IMG/VR virus record: IMGVR_UViG_3300009092_000015
Span: 547 to 64,546 of that record
Length of the DNA stretch: 64,000 nucleotides
From: a virus
Taxonomy: Duplodnaviria; Caudoviricetes
Reading direction: 5' to 3' (one strand)
Numbering within the stretch: the first letter of the stretch is position 1; each line of letters starts with the position of its first letter. The translations under genes were made by a program, and so were the position numbers. Positions 8,892 through 18,767 of the stretch are shown here, in pieces. Under the pieces are notes generated by a model. It saw nothing but the letters and a program-made list of their open reading frames with translations, made no database searches and was not told where the DNA came from.

Positions 8892-9455
8892 TCAGCCGTT
8901 CTCGTTCCCGCTTGATTGCGTCTGGTGTTGGGTTGAGTTCACTAAATCGACGTTGGTTTGGCATAGTCCTGTATCCTGTACCACGTAATACGGCATGCTT
9001 CCTGGAAGGATTGTCCACATGTCCCTAGGCATCAGGCAGATAACTACGCCTACTGCCATACCGAGTAAGAACAGTTCCTCCATTTTCAGGTGTAACCCGG
9101 TCCATTGTTCTCCGTGCTTATCCATGCAGGCATTCAGGAACGACATACCGCCACCTCCGGTTGCCATGAACTCACCTGGGAGGTCTAGTAGCATATCGGT
9201 GATATCTGCCTTGTGGGATTCCAACCTACCTGGATGGAACCCGACTTGCCGCATGATCCCCTCGGCTTTGATGTAACCCTCCGTGGGTTCGTCATCATGG
9301 AACAGGCAATCAAGGAACACTTTGGTTACGTTGTCCGTCGTTAGATGCATTGTTGTTCTCCGTTCAGTGAGTTTGGGTCCTGACATTCTCCCTCCTGTAC
9401 TGCTAGCTCCATCCATCCGCGTTGCGTCCGTGGGGCTGTAGCCTTGACCGTCCAT
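8892..9455 (-). CDS. conserved phage hypothetical protein
   Basis: Likely start near 9350 (MHLTTDNV); GGGMSFLNAC...WTGLH...LG motif is protein-like. Confidence 0.65.
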   Translation of the reverse strand: MDGQGYSPTDATRMDGASSTGGRMSGPKLTERRTTMHLTTDNVTKVFLDCLFHDDEPTEGYIKAEGIMRQVGFHPGRLESHKADITDMLLDLPGEFMATGGGGMSFLNACMDKHGEQWTGLHLKMEELFLLGMAVGVVICLMPRDMWTILPGSMPYYVVQDTGLCQTNVDLVNSTQHQTQSSGNENG

Positions 9456-9571
9456 TGGAACAGGTATGGGAAGTTACCACGGTAGGGCTGGACCTCCAAG
9501 ACAGTAGATAGGCCGTCGTCTGATCCGCTGAACCATGTGGGGATCTTATCCCCGATCTTGGGTTTGGGCAT
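9341..9571 (-). CDS. hypothetical protein
   Basis: Start follows the palindrome at 9577; KIGDKI start. Confidence 0.55.
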   Translation of the reverse strand: MPKPKIGDKIPTWFSGSDDGLSTVLEVQPYRGNFPYLFQWTVKATAPRTQRGWMELAVQEGECQDPNSLNGEQQCI

Positions 9572-9577
9572 ATGGGT

Positions 9578-9802
9578 TCAAGCCTTGAATTTAATACCGT
9601 ACCGCCTTCCCTCGTCTAGGAGTACCAGGGATTCTCCGTCCTTGATGTCTGGTTTGCCGATGTGGATATCACCTGCCGTTGCCTTGCTTGCTACCATGTC
9701 CGTGAGGTCTTTCAGTTTCATTGGTCCGTACTGATAGCGGTAATACTCGACCGCATGGCGCAATGAGACAAAGTAGCTGGTGCCAATCGTCGTATCTGTC
9801 AT
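9578..9802 (-). CDS. hypothetical protein
   Basis: GTSYFVSL..A..YY motif; stop codon lies inside the palindrome. Confidence 0.6.
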   Translation of the reverse strand: MTDTTIGTSYFVSLRHAVEYYRYQYGPMKLKDLTDMVASKATAGDIHIGKPDIKDGESLVLLDEGRRYGIKFKA

Positions 9803-9808
9803 TGGGGG

Positions 9809-10090
9809 TTAGCCTTTCCGTTTTATCTGCTTACCTACTAGGACGCACCATACACAGGTTACTCGTGTATTGGCGACAAAGCTAGGTAGATCCGAGATCC
9901 AATGTTCATCGGCGTGTTCTATCCAATCCTTCATGCGTTCCATGACAACAGATGGGACGTCATACTTGGATGTGGAGCCACGCCGTACGCATTCCGCTTT
10001 GTATTCAGCGTCGAACATAGCGGGTAGGTCAGTGCTGTTTAACTCCGGATAGGTCTTGCGTAATAGCTTGAGGGCTTCCTGAGACGTCAT
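9809..10090 (-). CDS. hypothetical protein
   Basis: Minus-strand run. Confidence 0.55.
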   Translation of the reverse strand: MTSQEALKLLRKTYPELNSTDLPAMFDAEYKAECVRRGSTSKYDVPSVVMERMKDWIEHADEHWISDLPSFVANTRVTCVWCVLVGKQIKRKG

Positions 10091-10223
10091 TCTTGTACCT
10101 CAATGATGTACCGGACTAAGTCCTCATAGCTGGCACCTCGTGTTTGCAATGCTATAGTGATTTCCTGGTCCGTCTTACCGGCACAGATCAAACCATAAAC
10201 TAGATATCTGATGTCTGTAATTG

Positions 10224-10637
10224 TCATACCGTCCCGTCCGTCAGCTTATACACCCTACATGGCACCGTCACATATACCGCATTATGTGCCTCCGCGAATC
10301 CATGGCTAAAGAACCAACAGGAACCATCTTGCATCTGGTCCGTGGGTTCCAATGCCGACTTAGGGACACCGGGGTCGAGTGATCCGCTAAAACTCATACC
10401 GCCATGTCCAAGGTAGAACGATGCATCGTATCCGGGTCGAACCGTCGTCTGGATATCCTCGCCCCAATCGTGGGTGAATCGCAGCATACCCTTTGATGTG
10501 ATAACGAAGTCGCCGACCCTAGGGCCTTCATTCTCGGTTGCCGTCCACTTAGCAGTGAGTTCCGCTAAGAGTTCCTGGTCACGGGTGTCTAGCTGGTATC
10601 CGTGTCCGTGGATACGTTCATACAGGGCTTTATGCAT
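10224..10637 (-). CDS. conserved phage/plasmid hypothetical protein
   Basis: GPRVGDFV...FYLG...SFSGSLDP...FFSH...PCRVY pattern. Confidence 0.65.
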   Translation of the reverse strand: MHKALYERIHGHGYQLDTRDQELLAELTAKWTATENEGPRVGDFVITSKGMLRFTHDWGEDIQTTVRPGYDASFYLGHGGMSFSGSLDPGVPKSALEPTDQMQDGSCWFFSHGFAEAHNAVYVTVPCRVYKLTDGTV

Positions 10638-11076
10638 CGTTGGTATCTCCTAAGATGTAACTGAGTTTGGAATTAGGCAGACGTGGGGAGTACCCCTTAG
10701 GCAGTCTACTGTCTAGCCGATCCAGATAGATGTAGGCTCCAACTAGTTCCGTCAATGGCATGAATGTTTCCATAGCCGTACGGATAACCCGGACCGTCAT
10801 ACCTGTGCACACCAGATCATCCAAGATGATGTACTTCCGGTAGTCGGAATCGCCTTCGATGATGAATCCGGAATGGCTGTGCTCTGGTTCCTTACGGATT
10901 AGGAATAGTCCCTTATTCATCCGATCAGCCAGTGCACCCCCAACTAACAGGCCGCTACTGCCGCGTACGGCAATGGAGTCGAAGTTTACGGCGGACAGTA
11001 TGTTCTGTGCATCGTCTAAGATGTGACGTAGGGACTTGGGCGTAAACAGCGGTGCAAGGTAGCTACTGTGAATCAT
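10630..11076 (-). CDS. type I phosphoribosyltransferase (PRPP-binding) protein
   Basis: YIILDDLVCTGMT PRPP-binding loop; RGSSG...LA..M...LIRK as in OPRT/APRT. Confidence 0.75.
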   Translation of the reverse strand: MIHSSYLAPLFTPKSLRHILDDAQNILSAVNFDSIAVRGSSGLLVGGALADRMNKGLFLIRKEPEHSHSGFIIEGDSDYRKYIILDDLVCTGMTVRVIRTAMETFMPLTELVGAYIYLDRLDSRLPKGYSPRLPNSKLSYILGDTNDA

Positions 11077-11276
11077 CAGGCCGTTTCCTCCTTACCGTCA
11101 CGGATGAATACCGCTTCACATTCCTGCCTAGCAGCGTCCTTTTGACATTCCCGTTTCGTCATCCAGGGGTAATAGATAGTTGCGGTGTCCCCCTGAGAGT
11201 ACCCGTCTCGCCAATCGTAGTTGGGACCACGTTCAATACCGCCGCGATAGTGGTATTGGATTACAGGTTTATTCAA
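11076..11276 (-). CDS. hypothetical protein
   Basis: Start overlaps the palindrome at 11272. Confidence 0.5.
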   Translation of the reverse strand: MNKPVIQYHYRGGIERGPNYDWRDGYSQGDTATIYYPWMTKRECQKDAARQECEAVFIRDGKEETA

Positions 11277-11295
11277 GGCTTGAATCCTTCCCTAC

Positions 11296-11727
11296 CTAAT
11301 CTTCTGCCCACTTCGGCTGATTCTTGGCAAGCTTCAATCGGCAGTAATCCCCACTGGATTCGTAATACCAGCCATGGTAAACCCGTCCGAATATATGGCA
11401 CGTGACTGCCCTACGCTTCGATGGGAAGTGACCGAAGCATGGGAACCGCTTGACCGGACCGATGTAGCATTGGGTAGATACAACCGTGCCTAGCCATGTG
11501 GTAATGCTCCATTGGTACTCGTCACCTACTGGCGGATGTGGAATGGTTCCAGCTACGTACTGCTTAGTAGGGGCCTTGACGTACAGAAACACCTTATCCG
11601 GATGCGTCCGGAGGTCTGCCAGTTGCTTACGTTCAAGCTCCTGGTTATACGTCTGTACTGCTACGCCGAGTGCGCATACACCGTCCGGTCCGTATGGTTT
11701 ACCTTGGAATTCGATAGCGTAGTTCAT
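11296..11727 (-). CDS. hypothetical protein
   Basis: Minus-strand run. Confidence 0.6.
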   Translation of the reverse strand: MNYAIEFQGKPYGPDGVCALGVAVQTYNQELERKQLADLRTHPDKVFLYVKAPTKQYVAGTIPHPPVGDEYQWSITTWLGTVVSTQCYIGPVKRFPCFGHFPSKRRAVTCHIFGRVYHGWYYESSGDYCRLKLAKNQPKWAED

Positions 11728-11731
11728 TAGG

Positions 11732-12019
11732 CTATTTCAATCTCCGGTTTACTTCCCTGATAGCAGCGATAATGCAGTCCCATCGTGCCTGCTCAAAACC
11801 CTCAGACTCCAACGGTCCGAACTGACCTGCATAGGTCCATGCTAAGTCGGCAAAGTGTTCACATCTGACTTCCCCACCGTCTTGGAAGGCATCATCTAGG
11901 AATCCGTTGAAAGATATATCTGGCTTTATCCCTTGGAGGTCCACATTTTCCAACCGTGCTTTGTCAATCAGCCTATCGGCCATATACATAGCAGTTTCAT
12001 ACAGGGTTATTCTTGGCAT
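11732..12019 (-). CDS. acidic hypothetical protein
   Basis: Minus-strand run. Confidence 0.55.
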   Translation of the reverse strand: MPRITLYETAMYMADRLIDKARLENVDLQGIKPDISFNGFLDDAFQDGGEVRCEHFADLAWTYAGQFGPLESEGFEQARWDCIIAAIREVNRRLK

Positions 12020-12021
12020 CT

Positions 12022-12855
12022 TTACTTGACCTCCTGTCCAAAATCCTTGACTACGGTTTCACGTTCGCGCATCCAACCAATACCGTTACGCCGTACATAT
12101 CTGACCTTCCAACCGTCCCGATGCATAGTTTGGATAGCGGTATGCCGATCCGCCTTAGACATTTCAGATAGGTACTTCAATCCCTGACCTGTGCCACTGC
12201 ATACCCAGCATTCGGCAATGCCGTATGGGTCGCTACAGTCCCCCTGATCGAAATGGTATGGTTCGGTAAAGCTAAATCCGAGGTGGGCATTACATTTGGT
12301 GCACCGGAGGTTATAGTCATTCCGTGCCAATGCGGGGTTATTATCCGGTGTCCGCTTACCTCCTACGCAGTATCGGCAAGGTACGGGGATGCCGATATCG
12401 TATTCCGTTTCCAGCTTGACTATCTGTATTGCGTCCGTGCATTGGTCCGGTGGGACTGTGTCCGTCAGTTTGGTGTATTTCCATCCTGGTACATCTGCAT
12501 TGTCCATCGGCTGAAACACGGTGGAAGCATCGCCGATGTACTGGGACTGGCGTACCATGATCCCTCTTGACATCCAACCAACGACCTCGGACACCTTATC
12601 CGGATTGCAGGTAATGGTATAGCGCTCACTCCAACCGATTGGTTTTTGAATCGCGGACAGTGGGACTAGGTAAGTCCGTCCGAGGTTGCCAGCGTCCGAA
12701 TGCTGTAACAGGACTTCGATATAGCCGTTCTCAGTCTCCATGGATAAGACTTTGAACCACGCCCACCTCGGTGCATCTTGGGCGTATTCCAGATAGTCAT
12801 TCCAAGTCGCCAGCTTGACTAGGGAATCAGTCCGAGGGATGTACTGTCTTGGCAT
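12022..12855 (-). CDS. hypothetical protein with multiple CxxC motifs
   Basis: Start reassigned to ATG 12855 (MPRQYIP); CRYC, CTKC and CWVCSGTG (DnaJ-like CxxCxGxG). Confidence 0.6.
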   Translation of the reverse strand: MPRQYIPRTDSLVKLATWNDYLEYAQDAPRWAWFKVLSMETENGYIEVLLQHSDAGNLGRTYLVPLSAIQKPIGWSERYTITCNPDKVSEVVGWMSRGIMVRQSQYIGDASTVFQPMDNADVPGWKYTKLTDTVPPDQCTDAIQIVKLETEYDIGIPVPCRYCVGGKRTPDNNPALARNDYNLRCTKCNAHLGFSFTEPYHFDQGDCSDPYGIAECWVCSGTGQGLKYLSEMSKADRHTAIQTMHRDGWKVRYVRRNGIGWMRERETVVKDFGQEVK

Positions 12856-12859
12856 TGGG

Positions 12860-13396
12860 TTAGACCCCCCCTTGGAGTTTACGCATAAGCTGTACATTCG
12901 GTGCGTCCGAATCTGAGTAACGACGCAACGGTGCCAGTACATCACCTCGGACCATGTCCCATCCTGTGGTGCCTATGGCGTTTTCCGTCCGATCCATGGC
13001 GAATCCAAATAACATATCGGACTGTGCCAGCATGGCCCTACATGCCTTGAGTAGTAGGCCTAGGTTGTTACCGCTATTCTGCCAAAGGTGGGCATAGGTG
13101 CCATAGTCTAACAGCATTTCGTATTCCGCGTATGGCCCATACTTCGCTATGTCATCCACCGTCCAACCGTACGACGATAACGCCGAGGTGTAGGCGTCCG
13201 TCTGTTTAGCCTGATCGGGACTGACTACGGCCAATGTGACACAGTACTTGCCTAATTCACTTACTGCGGATTCTCCCCAATCCTCCGTATACTCTATCTT
13301 GATCATGAAACGGAAAGGGAAGTCCCCATGGTTGATTTCTTTGGAACACAGGATCTTACTGCTATCGATGTCTTGGATAGTTCGGAGGTGTAGCAT
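12860..13396 (-). CDS. hypothetical protein
   Basis: Long ORF with an upstream AAAGGAC SD. Confidence 0.65.
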   Translation of the reverse strand: MLHLRTIQDIDSSKILCSKEINHGDFPFRFMIKIEYTEDWGESAVSELGKYCVTLAVVSPDQAKQTDAYTSALSSYGWTVDDIAKYGPYAEYEMLLDYGTYAHLWQNSGNNLGLLLKACRAMLAQSDMLFGFAMDRTENAIGTTGWDMVRGDVLAPLRRYSDSDAPNVQLMRKLQGGV

Positions 13397-13455
13397 TGTC
13401 GTTTTGTCCTTTCGATGGTACTGCCTGTTAGCTGATTACAGGTTCGAGGTTGAGG

Positions 13456-13782
13456 TTACCGATAGAACGTAGCATCGGGATACATAGCCGCAACTACCGA
13501 CTTGGCATCATCCCGGCTATACGCGCGTACGTAATCGCATACGTCTGAATATTCTTTCCTTACCCTATGCCCACAGGTAGGACAGTGGAGGTTACCGTCC
13601 TTATCAGTGGTAACGTTAGTCTCCGTTACTTCGGCATCACATGGATAGAACATGACATGTCGATAGGTTGGGGGGAATTCCGCACGGTATTCATACAATG
13701 GCATACCGATACCGAAGTACTGACCAGTATCGGTGTATCCGCCTTGATTCAGACGTACTCGTTGGAGGTTGAATTTAGTCAT
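13456..13782 (-). CDS. conserved phage hypothetical protein
   Basis: Start reassigned to ATG 13782; RVRLNQGGY...YFG.G.PLY ... VRAYSRDDAK. Confidence 0.6.
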   Translation of the reverse strand: MTKFNLQRVRLNQGGYTDTGQYFGIGMPLYEYRAEFPPTYRHVMFYPCDAEVTETNVTTDKDGNLHCPTCGHRVRKEYSDVCDYVRAYSRDDAKSVVAAMYPDATFYR

Positions 13783-13786
13783 GTGG

Positions 13787-14419
13787 TTAATACCTGATTG
13801 GCTCTCCTGTCTTGATTGCCGCATCGATAGCAGCTTGGTTCGGCGTATGGTCACATCGGCAGATAACCGACTCACGTGCTACTTGCCGTGCATCCCAGCT
13901 ATCCATACCGCGCGTGAATGATCCCTTAGGCCATGACAGTTCAGACGATACGGCATAGCGGTTACGTTCCACCTCTGCATTGGTGATACCGCAATGTGCA
14001 CACCGGATACCCTTGTAGTAATCCCGCTGCTTACGGCTGTTCCTGAGATCCGGACTAGTGAAGTACGGACGTGTGTATCCGTAGGTCCGGATTAGCTGGT
14101 TAGCAGTCTTGGACGATGCTTCCGAGGTACCTGCACTGACCGTCCAATGGTGTATGTCCCCATGCTGATCAGCATTGCGCCATTGTTTGCCATCCGCATG
14201 ATGACTGATCCATCGGAGCTTACCGAGGTAGCGGTCATGGGCATACTGGCCGAACCATTTGGGTTTACGCCGATAGACGTACCAGGGCTTAAACACCGAT
14301 ATCTGGTACGTCATGTAGGCATCGGTGCTGGTCTGCATGCCACCTACGCACCAATCGAAGTTAGTGCATGTTCCCACGTGTGCATCGGTCCGGGTAGGGA
14401 GGAAAGTATCGATAGTCAT
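13787..14419 (-). CDS. hypothetical protein
   Basis: 210-aa ORF with CAHC and CRC motifs. Confidence 0.5.
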   Translation of the reverse strand: MTIDTFLPTRTDAHVGTCTNFDWCVGGMQTSTDAYMTYQISVFKPWYVYRRKPKWFGQYAHDRYLGKLRWISHHADGKQWRNADQHGDIHHWTVSAGTSEASSKTANQLIRTYGYTRPYFTSPDLRNSRKQRDYYKGIRCAHCGITNAEVERNRYAVSSELSWPKGSFTRGMDSWDARQVARESVICRCDHTPNQAAIDAAIKTGEPIRY

Positions 14420-14572
14420 ACGCCATACTCCTTACGGCATTCCGCAATGAAGTCCAGAAAGTCTGGATTCCGGACATAGAACACCACACTGGATAGGAAC
14501 ATAACCGGGTAGCTACCGTACCCGGATTCCCGGACGCATTGACGGCGTGCCGATTCGACAATATCAAGGGGA

Positions 14573-14827
14573 TTAAGCATTACTTATCCTCCGTGCGTAC
14601 ATGTTTCCATCGGTTCCCCGATATGCGAATCCCTGGAACGGAATATACACAATAAACACTGAACCGTCCTGGAAGGTATACAGCTTAGCATGCTGGTTTC
14701 CAGTCCGTTTCCACTTACCGGGTACCGTAAACCCTGAGGTATTCCGCGTCCATTCGTATACCTTTCTTGCCGCACAGTTACATGGGTTTAGCTTAGACAT
14801 AGCAGGCAATCTCCAATCCGCTAACAC
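14573..14827 (-). CDS. hypothetical protein
   Basis: Probable start ATG near 14800. Confidence 0.45.
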   Translation of the reverse strand: MLADWRLPAMSKLNPCNCAARKVYEWTRNTSGFTVPGKWKRTGNQHAKLYTFQDGSVFIVYIPFQGFAYRGTDGNMYARRISNA

Positions 14828-15188
14828 GGTACGTCCGTTCCGTCCGTTTGCGCGTATAGACTCCCCCGGACGGTGTCTTGGCTGCTACTCCGCTAATCAC
14901 CCTAGCTGGTACCAAGCTGATTAGGTCCGAGGGATACTCACCCATGAGGTACCTAGCTGACCTGGACAGGTAGACGTTGCGCCACTGGCCATTGTCGCGG
15001 ATGAGGTACTCTCCCTCGGTTGCCCATGCGTAATAGATCGCAAAGTCAGACCGGAGACCTAGGGTATCGGTCCGGGTATCGGGTAGGTTAGCGGTTAGGA
15101 GGTCAACCAAGCTGGTTAAGCTGGCAGTGATCCGACGGTGGTTCATGCCTAGCAGATAGGCAGAGGTGACGATTAGAAGGTAAAGCAT
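14793..15188 (-). CDS. hypothetical protein
   Basis: Minus-strand run, start uncertain. Confidence 0.45.
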   Translation of the reverse strand: MLYLLIVTSAYLLGMNHRRITASLTSLVDLLTANLPDTRTDTLGLRSDFAIYYAWATEGEYLIRDNGQWRNVYLSRSARYLMGEYPSDLISLVPARVISGVAAKTPSGGVYTRKRTERTYRVSGLEIACYV

Positions 15189-15286
15189 CGATGGTATATC
15201 CTTTCAGACTGGACTTAGGTAGCCCATACGGTACCAGATTCAAGCCTTGAACCTGATACCTCAGTGGGATGCCTAGGCTAGGCGGA

Positions 15287-15448
15287 TCAGTTTGGAAGCT
15301 TCCGACGTTCGGCAATGCGGCGAATGGCTAACTCTGCCTGCAATGACTGATCCAATTCGGGGATTAGCTTCCCTTTGGGGTTTCGAACCGCGACCCGGAT
15401 CAACATTTGGGTACTGAACTGTTCCAACGGACGGTAGGGAGTTTGCAT
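15287..15448 (-). CDS. small hypothetical protein (53 aa)
   Basis: Manual translation MQTPYRPLEQFSTQMLIRVAVRNPKGKLIPELDQSLQAELAIRRIAERRKLPN; SD GAGGT. Confidence 0.45.
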   Translation of the reverse strand: MQTPYRPLEQFSTQMLIRVAVRNPKGKLIPELDQSLQAELAIRRIAERRKLPN

Positions 15449-15549
15449 CGGAGGTACCTCTTGATCTGATGTACAGATCGGTTATATGGCCATGGGTCGA
15501 ACCTACTGTCTGCCCTTATACGGACAAACGAAGGTTGGAAGGTTGGGGA

Positions 15550-15696
15550 TTAACGTTTCGATTTGACGGCGAGGTTAGTAGCCGATATGCAGAGTTTGGC
15601 TACTGCGAAAACGATACAGGCGAGTAATGCTGTAGGCCAATTGGCTACCAGGGATTGCAGGATCTCGGACAGTTGGGACGTGAAATAGTCTGCCAT
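15550..15696 (-). CDS. small membrane protein (48 aa)
   Basis: Manual translation MADYFTSQLSEILQSLVANWPTALLACIVFAVAKLCISATNLAVKSKR; one TM segment. Confidence 0.45.
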   Translation of the reverse strand: MADYFTSQLSEILQSLVANWPTALLACIVFAVAKLCISATNLAVKSKR

Positions 15697-15706
15697 GGTG
15701 GTTATC

Positions 15707-15955
15707 TCAAACGGTGAATTGGTCCTTATTGATCCATACGAAAACCTGAGATCCGGACTTGAGATATCCCGCCATCAAGGTACCATGCCAATTCATCTTT
15801 CTACACAAGGCTACTGCGGCTTGTGTATGCATGGTATCGGTGCTCCAGATTGGGTCTATCGGGATTGATACCCGGTTCTTATCCGAGTCGGTTGCACTGA
15901 TCCTGGAACCTCGGACATTACCGGGTCCATGGTACTTGGTAACGATAGACTTCAT
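15707..15955 (-). CDS. conserved mobile-element hypothetical protein
   Basis: IVTKYHGPGNVRGSRISA motif, a pattern I recall from phage/ICE small genes. Confidence 0.65.
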   Translation of the reverse strand: MKSIVTKYHGPGNVRGSRISATDSDKNRVSIPIDPIWSTDTMHTQAAVALCRKMNWHGTLMAGYLKSGSQVFVWINKDQFTV

Positions 15956-16194
15956 TAGTATGCACCTCCGATGCGGAACGTTACCGATTTGGTCTTGGCA
16001 TTGACCAGACGCGCGGTACGGAAGTATGCCGGACGTGACGCGTAACCCGCGAGCACGTTAGCGGCAATCTTGCCCATGCGGTTAATGGTTGCAGGGGTAA
16101 CGGTAATGCTTTCCCCCTGTGCGTTTCGGCTGCGAACCATCGTAGCAGCCATGCGGCGGGCGTCGTTCAGCTTATATAGTTCTGTGGTGTACAT
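15955..16194 (-). CDS. basic hypothetical protein
   Basis: SD GAGGA; abuts next gene. Confidence 0.55.
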   Translation of the reverse strand: MYTTELYKLNDARRMAATMVRSRNAQGESITVTPATINRMGKIAANVLAGYASRPAYFRTARLVNAKTKSVTFRIGGAY

Positions 16195-16257
16195 GATTGT
16201 CCTCTATGGTTTGGGATTCCAATACTTGTTTGCTGGCTTGCGCCATCAAAGGGTAAG

Positions 16258-16551
16258 TTATGCTTCCACTTCCGGGTCTACCCAAGTCCCATCAGCTAGT
16301 CTGACATGCTTCTTAACCTGGATTCTGGAGTACAGGACGGAATTGCCTGCTATAGCCGATAAGACGATATCGACCCGGTTTCCCCCCGCGAGGTTAGCGG
16401 GCAGTCTACTCCACTGCTTAGCGGCAGTGTAATTCCTGAGGTACGGCGAGTTATTGACTACTACCCAATCCGGATCACGGCTGATATCCAGACGGTACAC
16501 AATGACTTCATACTGCAATGTTTCTTTCATGTCGAAGGTACATCCTTTCAA
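16258..16551 (-). CDS. hypothetical protein
   Basis: Likely start ATG near 16530 with an upstream GAAAGGA SD. Confidence 0.55.
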   Translation of the reverse strand: MKGCTFDMKETLQYEVIVYRLDISRDPDWVVVNNSPYLRNYTAAKQWSRLPANLAGGNRVDIVLSAIAGNSVLYSRIQVKKHVRLADGTWVDPEVEA

Positions 16552-17691
16552 TGTGATTTATATGATACCTAGTCACTAGATACCTTATACATGACATTGA
16601 ACCCGATACCCTGCTAGGCCGATATGATCTTATCGTTTACCGGTCCTAGCAGGCATTAGGTGTTTATTCCGCGAATCAGATAGCCATATCACCCGAGGGG
16701 TTCTGTACTCTTTTACTACCTTCCGGACATTAGGTTACTCCCTACTGACCGCTATACGGTATAGGCTCATGTATCCATGTCCCCACGGATATGCTTTCCC
16801 ATCTATATAGTGGTTTCGGGATTGGCTAATGTGGACCCGGTAGCAGCATTGTTGTACCAGGAGTTCATACTACCTGATTCGCGTTTCACCGATTGGCGTT
16901 ATCCTCTTATCTGTATATCTGATGTACTGATCCGGACTAGCTGAGAATGCCCATGTCCAACATTGTGTCTACCTTTCAGGTAGACGGCGGGCGGATTCGG
17001 TTAGGTAGTCTCACGATATCGGTATATCTGATATACAGATTAGAGGATAGCCGATTGGCTAGACTTATTTACGGCATCCCTGCTAGATGGTACAAACCAA
17101 CGTCTAGCCGTATCGGTTACACAGGTTATCCATATCAGTGTCCATCGGCCTACTGTTAATATTGATCGGCCTACTACGCTGATATGTCGATACGGGATGC
17201 CTCATAGGGTCGAAGTCTCGACCCACGCGGGTATTATGCTCGGAGATACGTATGGGGAGTGCTCACCCCTATACCTGATCCGGACTCCTAGGAAAAGAAC
17301 CAATCGGCTTAGCTCAAGTGTAACCCTACATCATCTGCATATCCTGTGATTGGGGTATGCGGAGGATACATTACGCTTGAACCATGGCACCTTGGGTACC
17401 TAGGTCTAGAATCAGGCAGCTAATACAGCTAATCAGGTATACCCTTTCGCCGCACTGGCCTATATCGCCTTTATCGGTGGTTGCTGGTCTATCTCGGAAC
17501 TACCGAGTTACGGTATATACCGTTACCCTTACCAGTCACCCATGGGTGCTGGTTCGGGTTTATCATGAGGGGATTAGTCCTCGACCTCAGGTCACCGAAC
17601 CTTTGCTGTTTACCGCATTTCGATTCAAACATCGAACCGAAGTCATAATCTAACATTGGATTTTTCTTCATGCCTTGAATGTCCGCCTAGT

Positions 17692-17779
17692 CCTATGGAT
17701 CTTGACTGCTAAGATGTTGAATCTAATCATCGAAAATAAATATTGCTTCCCTCTTGACAGAATTCCCTATGGATCTTGA
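17692..17779. repeat. 14-bp direct repeat CCTATGGATCTTGA x2
   Basis: Copies at 17692-17705 and 17766-17779 flanking an AT-rich stretch and TTGACA (17754). Confidence 0.8.
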
Positions 17780-18767
17780 ATCGGTAAGCCCTGCTTAATG
17801 ATTATCTGATAAGCATCTAATGTATCAACACTATAGCTGATAATCAGACGAAAAGACCCGAAATTAGTCATTTAAACAAGACAATTTGTCATTTATACAA
17901 AACACACGTTTAATGACGTTTTAAGCCTCAAGGTTGCATTTAGTGTCGAAAGTGACCTCTAGATACCTCTTGACGAAATGGCGCGTTTTCTCAGGTGAAT
18001 CCTTGAGGGTTTGTTTGCTATGACTTAGCGGGGATTACCGTTAACGCTTGGACGTTAGCGCTAAACATTGGGGTATCTGACTGATTCTACGGGGGTTATA
18101 ATTCCACGTTATCCTGATATGCTGATATGCCTAGGCTTAGGGCATAGGGTCCGAGGCATGGCCCATGGTTCAAGGCTTGAACGGTGTAGTCTATATGGCA
18201 CAGTGTGAATAATCGGCACAGGTAGTTAGACTACTGGACTTGGAAGCATGCGCGGTGTTCATGCCTTGAATGGGCATCGAACCATCTATACAGAGGTGCA
18301 CCCAAACTATCAGCCGATCAGGTTCGGTGCATCCTAGAGCCCCACAGGACCGGGAACACCTCTGCTAGGATGGCCCACTATGGCGATATCCTGCCCTACA
18401 GTGCGTCTGTCCGGCATCCCTGCCTATCATCCTATCCAGCCTAGCCGCTAACCCTGCTAGGACGGCGGGCAGTCCCACGGATGCGCCTCTGTAGGATGCC
18501 GATTCCCCGCATTCCTAAGCCCTACAGCACGTTCGATGCCGGACCCTATGTCTACCTATCAGATTTAACTGTTAATTCTGACGTTAATCGGCCTATCAAG
18601 CCTTGAATCAGCACGTATACTACTCAGGGATTCACCCGAGCCGGACCCCCGGTATCCCCCCTACCCCCCCCCCATTACGTAGTACCTTCGGATGGGACCC
18701 TACTGCCCCCTCTTGGGCCGCTAGCCACAACTAAGTACATATAAAATTTAAAATGGTACTATAGGTC

